DNA of 64,000 bases, from assembly GCF_009914755.1 (NCBI RefSeq), contig NC_060928.1, one strand, 5' to 3'. This DNA comes from the human T2T-CHM13v2.0 reference genome, Homo sapiens. The notes under the pieces were generated by a model, which ran no database searches, was not told the DNA's origin, and saw only the letters and a list, made by a program, of their open reading frames with translations. The first letter of the stretch is position 1; each line of letters opens with the position of its first letter. Positions 29,688-38,448 of this stretch are shown in pieces. Made by a program: the position numbers and the translations under genes.

Positions 29688-29988
29688 GGCCAGGCAAGGT
29701 GGCTTATGCCTGTAATCCCAGCACTTTGGGAGGCTGAGGCGGGAGTATCATTTGAGCCCAGGAGTTCGAGACCAGCCTGGGGAACACAGCTGGACCTCGT
29801 CCCTACACATTATTTAAAAATTAGCTAGCCATGTTGGCGCATGCCTGTGCTTGCAGCTACTTGGGAGACTGAGGTGGGAGAATCACTTTACCCTGGGAGG
29901 TCCAGGCTTCAGTGAGCCATGATTGTGCCACTGTACTCCATTTTGGGCCACAAAGCAAGACCTTGTCTCAAAAAAATAAAAAAGAAAC
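29688..29988 (+). mobile_element. AluJ
   Basis: TSD AAATAGGAAAT at 29676-29686 and 29989-29999. Confidence 0.95.
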
Positions 29989-30413
29989 AAATAGGAAATC
30001 GGAAGCAAAAAAAAAAGGAATGGCCTGGAAGGGGGCAAAACATGCCATTCTGATAGTGAAGGAGAGATCAGGAAAACTACAAGAGGCAAAACACCCAAAT
30101 CAAAAAGCAGTGTACAGTGCCCCATTTTATAAAGGATAATTGAGTCCCACTGCCCCTCAGAGTCCTGAAAGCATCATGGAAGAAGCTTAGCTCACACCTG
30201 ATGCTAACTAATAAAGATGACTTCAGTCTTCATCCAACCTTTGTAAGCTTCGAAGGAAGGTAGGAAAACATGTAAGAAGTCTCTGGAAAAGGTAACTCAA
30301 AACAGTGTCAGTGTATAAAGATATACACTTGGTCATTTTAAAAACTCACTTACGAGAACTACCTTATTCCCTAGGTTGCCTCATAAAGCTGTTAAAAAAA
30401 AATATGAGACATT

Positions 30414-30670
30414 GCTGGGCGTGGTGGCTCACCCCTGTAATCCCAGCACTTTGGGAAGTTGAGGAGGGCAGATCACCTGAGGTCAGGAGTTCGAGACCAG
30501 CCTGGCAAACATGGTGAAACCCCATCTCCACTAAAAAAATACAGAAATTAGCCAGGTATGGTGGCAGGCAGGAGAATTGCTTGAGTCTGGGAAAAGGAGG
30601 TTGCAGTGAGCCGAGATTGAGCCACTGCACTCCAGCCTGGGCAACAGAGTGACACTCTGTTTGACAAAAA
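30414..30670 (+). mobile_element. AluS with right-arm deletion
   Basis: 'tcacctgaggtcaggagttcgagaccagcctgg'; TSD TGAGACATTG at 30405-30414 and 30739-30748. Confidence 0.95.
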
Positions 30671-30720
30671 TATATATATGTGTGTGTGTGTGTCTGTGTG
30701 TGTGTGTGTGTGTATACATG
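30670..30720. repeat. (TA)n(TG)n microsatellite in the Alu tail
   Basis: Lies between the Alu body and its downstream TSD. Confidence 0.95.
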
Positions 30721-31083
30721 TATTTATATGATATGATGTGAGACATTGTCAGTTGGAAGAGGTCTGATTTAGAATGGGCAGTTCCTCCTGAACCTATTTA
30801 GGTGCATACATCCAGCAGGAAAGAAATCAGGCTTCAATAAGATAAATCAAGATCTAAAAGTCAAGTTGAAAGGACCTTAGAGATCATGTAGCCAAGACCC
30901 TGGCAAAAAAAAGTTAGGTGACTAGAGGGCATCATTCATCTCACTGTAGAGGGGGCACTACCGCCAGTCTTGTATTTGAGAGCCGGAATATTATCCTCCA
31001 CATCACAATTTCCTAGGCCAACTCACAACCCTCTCCGTCCCTTCCCAAGCCTTCAGGTTGGCCCACAGGCCTGATGCACTCAC

Positions 31084-33135
31084 CTGCAGAAAGCAGTGTC
31101 CAACCGGGGCATGCTCTGCAATGGTGGCATTGTACACCTGCCTCCAGAAGATGGGCTCATTGTCATTCACATCATCTACGGTGATGCTCACCAGGCAGGT
31201 GGCAGAGAGTGGGGGCTCTCCGAGGTCCTGGGCCACCACTTTCAGCTCCACCGCCTCCTGGACCTCTCGGTCTAGAGTCCGGATAGTGCTGATCGCACCG
31301 CTTTCGGAATCAATGGCAAAAGATGGTCCACACTCTGCGGTGTGGACCATCTTTGATTGCAGGGAGCCGAGATTGCAGGGAGCCGAGAGTTGGACTACAG
31401 TGTAGCGCAGCCAGGCGTGATCACTGCCTGCCTCGTCGGCATCGGAGGCGCTGACCCACATGACTACAGTGCCAGGGGCCGCGGCCTCGGACACTGAGGC
31501 CTTGTAATGCTGTTGGCTGAAGAGAGGTGGTTGGTCGTTGAGGTCAGCGACCCGGAGTAGCAGCGTCTCCTCCGTGCTCAGCGGCGGGGACCCCGCGTCC
31601 GTGGCCACCAGTAGTAACTCATACAGATCGCGGCTCTCTCTGTCCAGGGGCCCCTCCACGCAAAGGAAAAATACCCCTGGGGGGCCGCCGGGTAGCAACG
31701 CGAAGTCTCCCTCTCCGCCTTCCAAGGACAGCGAGATGCTCCCGTCTCCAAGACCCACACCAAGCTCCCCTGTGGCCTCATCTTCCTTCTCCCAGTCACC
31801 GTCCGCGTCAGACACCGAGACGCGAGCCACGTAGTCGCCCGGTCGGGCGCCTTCAGAGACACGGGCGACGCCTCCCTCTGTGAGAAAGAGCACGTGAATT
31901 GCTGGCCGGTTGTCATTCACGTCCAGCACGGCGATGGACACGCGCACCGTGGCAACCTCAGGCTCGGCGCCTCCATCGCGGGCCTCCACCACCAACTGGT
32001 GCCAGGCCTGTGCCTCGCGGTCCAGAGGTCTCCACACTCGCACCACGCCGCTCAGCTCCTCCACCGCGAAGTAGGCCGCGTCGCCCAGTGCCCCGCCGCC
32101 GCTACCCGCCCCAGGCACTTGCCGGGCGCGGACGCTGTAGCGCACGAAGCCATTGGGCCCCAGGTCGCGGTCGGTGGCGCGCACGCGACAGACCTCGGCG
32201 CCCGGCTGGGCGTCCTCGCGCACCGCGGCGCGGTACTCGTCCTGCTCAAAGACCGGCGGGTTGTCGTTCTCATCCAACACGCGCAGCTCCACGCTCAGGA
32301 GGCCGGTGCGCCGGGGTCGGCCGCCGTCCCATGCCTCGATCTGCAGCCGGTGCGCCGCCGCCTCCTCTCGGTCCAAGCGCCGCAGCAGCACCAGATCTAG
32401 AGGCTCCAGGGGTGACGAGGAGCCTGGCAAAAGCGGTGACGGTAGTGGCCCCGGAGTCCGGTAGCGCAACTGGAAGAACGGGCCTGCGGGGTCCTTGGGC
32501 AGGTCGGACGGTTGCACCAGGGTGTAGCCCTGAGTGCTGAACAGTCCGGCGTCCGGATCGTGGGCACCTGGCAGGCGGAAGGCGGTCCCTGGCGGGCTGA
32601 GCTCGGAGACGTCGAGTTGCAGGGAGTCGAGGGGAAAGCGGGGCGAGTGGTCATTCACGTCGTTGACGCGAATCTCCACCTGCACCACAGCGCCCAGCAG
32701 CGTGGCGGCGACGAAGCTGTAGTGGTCCCGCCGCTCGCGGTCCAGGCGCCGCGCAGTGCGGATGATGCCGGTGTCCGGGTGCACGTGGAAGTCGTCCAGC
32801 AGCGGGGAGTCATCGGAGTCCTCCGACAGAAAGAAGCCGCTCCCCTCCTGCTGCTGCGCGGCCGGCAGCCCGGCGCGGATGTCACCTACCAGCGTGTCCG
32901 GGGGAAGCCCCTCATCTACGGAAAGGGTGAGGTTGAACAACTGGGCAGAGGAGCCCGAGGCCGCCCACAGCCACACGTGCACCAAGAGCCAGAGCAGGGA
33001 GCGCTGCGTCCTGGCGCCGCTGCTGCCTGACCGCCCATGGGGTGTATCTCTCCTCCCGGGGAGCAGAAGGAGCTTCCCGACCGGAGCCCGCTGCTGCTGA
33101 CGCCCTTCGCCCATCTTCCGCCCACAAGGGCTCAT
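31084..33135 (-). CDS. DCHS2: First coding exon of dachsous cadherin-related 2 (protocadherin-23): signal region, EC1-EC5 and start of EC6
   Basis: ORF with a hydrophobic signal segment (LLWLLVHVWLWAASGSSA, aa 47-64), five LDRE motifs and linkers DVNDHSP, DENDNPP, DVNDNRP, DLNDQPP, DVNDNEP. Canonical phase-0 donor CAG|GTGAGT after codon 684 (GHCFLQ). The N-terminus MSPCGRKMGEG is recognised as DCHS2. Confidence 0.96.
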
Positions 33136-33579
33136 TTCTCCTCCAGCTCCTTGGGAAGGCTCTCGGGTAACTGCCAGCTTGTGGCAGGATCGCAGAAAAA
33201 TCCAGGAGCCTCTTCAGTGTCTGAGCCAGAGAAGAAAAGACTTTGTTTGGCAAACAAACCGACGGCCCAGGAATTCCCGAGGTTACATCTGCAACTGGTG
33301 AAAGCGTCCTCTGCCTGCAGCTCACGCAGACAGGGAAGTAAGCTCTAGCTGCCTCTGCCGCGGCAGCCACCTCTTCTGCCCCTGGATTTCTTTAAACGAA
33401 TCTCATCTCTTTTTCTCTCTCCTTTTATTCCCTTTACATCTGTTCCTTGTTCTACTCGGCTGGTTGTTCCCCCCTGGTAAAGTCAGGTGCATTATTTCTT
33501 TTGCCAAAAAGGAGGAGATTATATGAAGCGCGCACACACAAGGAGAGGATGGGGATCTGGCCGGAGTAGGGGGTGGAGT
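33136..33579 (-). other. DCHS2: Probable DCHS2 5' UTR containing four upstream AUGs
   Basis: Lies between the CDS start and an initiator-consensus match (TTACTCC, A at 33579). The TSS position is inferred, not observed. Confidence 0.6.
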
Positions 33580-33900
33580 AAGGGCGTGGAGGCAGGGAGT
33601 CAGGGCGCTGGGGAGGAGGGAGAGAGGGAGGGGGGAAGGGAGGTCTGCGGCCCTGTCCGCTGCTCCGGGGGCGGGGCGGTGGTTCCCCACTGTGTCTCCG
33701 GGCGCCAGGGACCGCGCGACTCCTGCTCCGACCCAGCCTCCGCCGCCTGCCTTCCCCTCCCTGCCGTGTGATGCGGCGCACACGAGGGCAAACTCCAACC
33801 TGCGAGCCGCGCTCTGCAGCAGGGCGGAAGAGGAGCAAATGCAAAAGCACTGGGAGACGTGCACCGCGGGGCGGGTGGGGGACGCGCAGGCGGGGCGTCT
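33575..33900 (-). promoter_or_regulatory. TATA-less core/proximal promoter with Inr-like element and GC boxes
   Basis: YYANWYY match TTACTCC (minus, 33581-33575); Sp/KLF boxes GGGGGCGGGGCGG at 33667-33679 and GGGGCGGG at 33868-33875; purine tract at 33610-33643. Confidence 0.65.
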
Positions 33901-35066
33901 GCCTGGGCTTGGCCAAGTGCCAAGTGATGATGGGTGCGGGGAGGTGAGAGGAGCGGCCTCTCCGCGGCCTCCCCCTCCATCCCCTTGACCGTCCCTCTGC
34001 AGGCCTGACTCTTGGCTCGCGCTGAGCCAAGAGGGTAGAGGTTATCATCACTTTGGGGTGCCAAACTTGTGTTCTGCATTTGGCGAGAGGGACTCCCGTC
34101 GCAGCGGAAGGACAGATGGAGTCAAAGGCCGATGCACAGCTGGGGCCAGGATGGCTGCAAAGGGGAGAAGGCGGAACTTGGAAAAGCCTTCCAGAAAACC
34201 CGAGAAATCTGTGGCACACATGGTGCAAACCACACTTTATTATGCGTGCTACTACCCAGCGACGTGTGAGCCTCTTGTCACTCCCCTCTGCCACCAGGAA
34301 TGACGACAATATATCCGCCCTGAGAACCCTTTTTCTACATTCAGCGCCATCATAACACTTCCAGGATGTCTGACGATGCTGACTGATGAGCAGAAAGCCC
34401 TGGTGGCTGACACCCCGCAAGCCCTCAGCGCTCCCCCACCACCCCTAGGCAAGGAAGTGTGCAAGCGGGATAACTCTACGGATACCACTTTCAAAACTAG
34501 CTTCTGTCTGAGCCGAACGCAAATGCCAATAAATAGCCATAGTCGCAGATTTCCCTTCAATTAACTATAATAATCGGTAGAAACTGATCAATGGCCTCTA
34601 ATAAAGTACGCCTGAGAAAAGACTCTCTGGACTCTTAAAAATGGCTGACCATATTTGGCAAGTGGTTTCTGCAATTTTGCATTTGGGCCTGAGAGAAGAA
34701 TTAATTTCCTAGATACCGTTTCTCTCCTTTAGGGAGGACCAAAAGCCCTGCATAGTGGTTTCTTGCAGCAACAATAAAATGCCTTTTTAAATGTGCAACG
34801 GAGGTATATGTAATGGCTAATCCACAGCCACACCGTTATCTCTACCTGTGACCAAATAACAATAAAATAATTGACTTTGTAGCATATATGTTACCGAAAA
34901 TGGGGACATTATTAAAATAAATTCAGCTTTCTTTCCCCCAATGAACTCTCTTTAACCATTAAAGAGATTTGTTATGAGTCTTTAGAGTCTTTTTATCTTC
35001 AGTCTCTGCATTTGCACCCTAACTAGTCCCTCCCCTCCCACTCTTGCCCCTTTATAAGTAATTCTT

Positions 35067-35412
35067 TTCTGTTTTTGCTATTGTTGTTGTTGTTGCTGTT
35101 TTGTTTTCTGAGTCAGGATCTCACTCTGTCACCCAGGCTGGAGTGCGGTGGTGCAATCATGGCGCACTGCAACCTCATGGACTCAAGTGATTCCATCACC
35201 TCAGCTTCCAGAGTAGCTGGGACTATGGGTGCCCACCACTATACCTGGCAAATTTTATATTATTTTATTAATTTATTTGTTTATTTTTTTTACTTTTGTA
35301 GAGATGAGGTCTCACTATATTGCCCAGGCTCGTCTCGAACTCCTGGGGCCAGTCTTCCTGCCTAGGCCTCCCAAAGTGCTGGGATTACAGGCTTGAGCCA
35401 CCGCAACCAGCC
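35067..35412 (-). mobile_element. AluJ with (TTG)n tail
   Basis: TSD TATAAGTAATTCTT at 35053-35066 and 35413-35426. Confidence 0.95.
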
Positions 35413-35429
35413 TATAAGTAATTCTTGAA

Positions 35430-36000
35430 CAAGCATCTGGATTAATGTTTTTAAAGCTGTCTCAAATCATATTACCTCCTGCTTAGAACCTGAAATGATT
35501 CCATTATACTTAGATTATAATTCAGACTCCTTCAATCAAGCTCCTTTTAATAGTACAGGATCCTATCCATCTTTCTGACCTTGCCTCATACCACCACTCT
35601 GGACTCAGCCATCTGCCTTCTTTTTGATCTTGTACCTTTGAATTGTTAGAACTTTCCATGCCTGGGAGTTCTTTTTTCTGCTTTGGAAAGAGCTAGCTCT
35701 TTCTCATTCAGGTCTCAACTCCAATGCCCTCTGTTAAGAAAGATCTTCCCTAATTACCCTATTTCAGATAGCCTTTCCACTATAAACGCTATATCCTTTC
35801 AGTATATTTCATTCACAACACCTATCAGCATCTGAAATCAACTTGCTTTTTTCATTTGTTTATTAGATTATTACAACCTCAAAACCTTCATTCTGCTTTA
35901 TCTCAGCACCTAGAACAGTACCTAGCATGTAGTGTGTCTCTATTTACTAAGTATGTGTTGGACAGATGGTTGGTTGAACCTATGGGTAAGTGAATGCATT
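35430..36000 (+). mobile_element. L2 3' fragment
   Basis: 'cattcaggtctcaactccaatg...cagcacctagaacagtacctagcatgtag'. Confidence 0.7.
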
Positions 36001-36160
36001 TGTCTGTTAAAGTAGAAGTTGGAAGCCATAACCAAGAATGAATTGGCCATGAGAATCTTCACTGTAATGAATTATGTCTTTGCAATCTTACTCATCTTAA
36101 TTATTTCATAGGACTTCTTGAACTTATTTTTCAGCTTCGTCAACTTACTTTGTAAACCAT

Positions 36161-36554
36161 TGTATTAGTCTGTTCTTGCATTGCTGTAAAGAACCTGAGA
36201 CTGGGTAATTTATAAAGAAAAAATGTTTAATTGGCTCATGGTTCTACAGGCTGTACAGGAAGCATGGTGGGATCAGCTTCTGGGGAGGCCTCAGGAAACT
36301 TACAATCATAGCAGAAAGTGAAGGGGAAGTAGGCAGGAGGAAGAAAATGAATGGGGAGGTGCTATACACTTTTAAACAAACACATCTCATGAGAACTCAC
36401 TCACTCTCATGAGGACAGCATCAGGGAATGGTGCTAAAGCATTCATAAGAAACTGCCTCATGATCCAGTCACCTCCCACCAGGTCCCACCTCTAACACTG
36501 GGGATTACCATTCAACATGAGATTTGGGCAGGGACACAGATCCAAACCATATCA
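36161..36554 (-). mobile_element. MSTA-like MaLR solo LTR
   Basis: TGTATTAGTC...CCAAACCATATCA termini; 5-bp TSD ACCAT at 36156-36160 and 36555-36559. Confidence 0.92.
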
Positions 36555-36939
36555 ACCATATTGTTAACAAATATTTACTTGAGTCTAAAAATAAAGGAAA
36601 AGAAGCATCTTTTACTGCATCTTTCACTGACACATTCTTTGTAAACAGTGGTTTAGTTTAGAAACAGTGGAAAACAAATGGAAAATCAAGAACCTCAGAC
36701 ATCTATTTTCCTATTAGTTCTAAAGCTTTATATCTCCAGCATGTACAATTCAAGGTCTCCTGTCCATTTCACAATTACCCTTCATTGAATGTCCTGAATA
36801 TCCTTAATTATAGAATTAAGAATTCAATTTTGTAAAGTAAGAGAAATAAGAACATTTCTCAGATATGTGAAAAATAATTTTAGATAATACAGAAGCCAAC
36901 AGCCTGCAAGAAATAGGTCAAGGTCTGATCCTTGTAAGC

Positions 36940-37150
36940 GAAGCATCATGGCGTAACTGGCCAGAGTTTTAGCTTTAAAGTTGGAAAATCCTTATTCTGC
37001 TCTATAATTTGGGGCAAGTTATTTAAATCTTAAGCCTTAGAGTTTCCTCCTTTCTAAATTGGGGATGATACATCTAATTTACAGGGATGTCATGGGCCTT
37101 AAATGAGGCAATATATGTGGATTGGTACCTAGAATGCATGTGGTAAATTG
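36940..37150 (+). mobile_element. MIR SINE
   Basis: 'gggcaagttatttaa...gtttcctcctttctaaattggggatgata'. Confidence 0.7.
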
Positions 37151-37288
37151 TATTTTTCTTGCCCTCTGTTGTTTGTATGATGAAATGTTTTAGGAGTGAA
37201 TTATTTTGGAATTCTCAGTAGTATCAAACTCCGACTTCTTAGCCCCCCAGAAGGTGTGAAGGGGGAGGATATAAAATTCCCACTATCT

Positions 37289-37588
37289 GGCTGGATGCAG
37301 TGGCTCATGCCTGTAATCCTAGCAATTTCAGAGGCCAAGGCAGGAGGATTGCTTGAGCCCAGGAAGTAAAAACCAGCCTAGGCAATGTGGCAAGACCGTC
37401 TCTCTACAAAAAAAAAAAAAAAAAAAAATTTAAAAATAGCCGGGCACACTGATGCATACCTGTAGTCCCAGCTACTCAGGAGGCTGAGATGCCAGGATGG
37501 CTTGAACCCAAGACATTGAGCTGTGTCATTGCCACTGCACTCCAGCTTGGATGACAGAGCGAAAGCCCATCTCAAAAAAAAAAAAAAA
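37289..37588 (+). mobile_element. AluJ
   Basis: Dimeric Alu with expanded central A tract and A15 tail. Confidence 0.95.
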
Positions 37589-37744
37589 TCCCCAGTATTG
37601 TAAACAGAAACTTGGACAAAAAGGCTCAAGGCATTTCTTCACTTTGTGTTATTCAGTTTAAGTAACACAGGAAGTCCCTCTTCAGAAACATTTTCCCTCA
37701 GACTGTAGGTAGCCCTCAGCTTTGTGATAGTTAATTTAAATAGT

Positions 37745-37935
37745 GTAGTTGCTAAGTGCTCAAAGCAGGGTTCAAATCACTTCACGTCAACCTTTTAGGA
37801 AAGGAGTTATAATTAGTATTCCCATCTTACAGATGAGGAAACTGAGGTTCAGGAGCATTGCAAGTCATGTGGCCAAAGTCCCACAGGTAGTAGAATTGGA
37901 ACCTGAACCCAGTTTTGCTCCAGTGTCCACGGTGT
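37745..37935 (-). mobile_element. MIR SINE
   Basis: 'cccatcttacagatgaggaaactgaggttca' core. Confidence 0.85.
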
Positions 37936-38356
37936 TCACTGGTCATTTATTGTCTTCATGATTTTCTTTAATAAGATTGTCTTCTTCTGAATTCTTGATG
38001 AAATCAGTACAGTGATATAGTGAGTTTTGGGAAGACCTGGGAGAACTACAGAAGGAGGAACTTGTGAGCATGTTAGTGGGAGTGGTGGGGAGGCACAAGA
38101 GGATAGTCACATGTCAGTACTTGAAAATACAACCAAAAAAAAAAACCAACTCCGTACTTAGAAATGTACTTAGAAATGGTACTTAAAGGCCAGTAAGGAG
38201 AATCGGGTGACATGGAGGGTTTCTTCCCAACTTCTCACGCATGGGGATGGCCCTCTGAGGGTTAAGAAGGGTGCATGATACCAGGAAGCCCCCATACTCC
38301 CTTGACTCACATGCCATCTTTCTGAAAACGTTTGAGCCAAAGAGCGTTTGGAGCTT

Positions 38357-38448
38357 GTGATGGTTAAATGTGATGTGTCAAGTTGGCCCAGGCTACGGTG
38401 CCCACATTGTTTGGTGAAACACTGGTCTAGATGCTGCTAGGAAGGTTA
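38357..38448 (+). mobile_element. MLT2 (ERVL) LTR 5' fragment
   Basis: 'tgtgatggttaa...atgtgtcaagttggc...aaacactggtctagatgctgct'. Confidence 0.7.

Larger units (their letters stand above)
31380..34480. promoter_or_regulatory. CpG island covering the DCHS2 promoter and most of exon 1
   Basis: Abrupt switch to high GC with dense CpG, CGCG and CCGG against CpG-depleted AT-rich flanks. Edges estimated by eye. Confidence 0.9.

Noticed and set aside
32566-33093. Possible coding differences from the reference protein as I remember it (Q15, G190)
   Set aside because: Based only on recollection of the reference; it needs an alignment and may reflect common SNPs.
31003-33135. Treating the 710-aa ORF as a complete single-exon gene or retrocopy
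   Set aside because: A canonical donor at 31083 coincides with the end of cadherin similarity inside EC6, and it has its own CpG promoter and no poly(A) tail or TSD. Kept only as a possible minor isoform.
31058-33348. Many 60-213 aa ORFs overlapping exon 1 on both strands
   Set aside because: Shadow frames of a GC-rich coding exon; Arg/Pro/Ala-rich with no domains.
38154-38186. GTACTTAGAAAT repeated about 2.5 times
   Set aside because: Ordinary slippage repeat with no spacers; not CRISPR-like.
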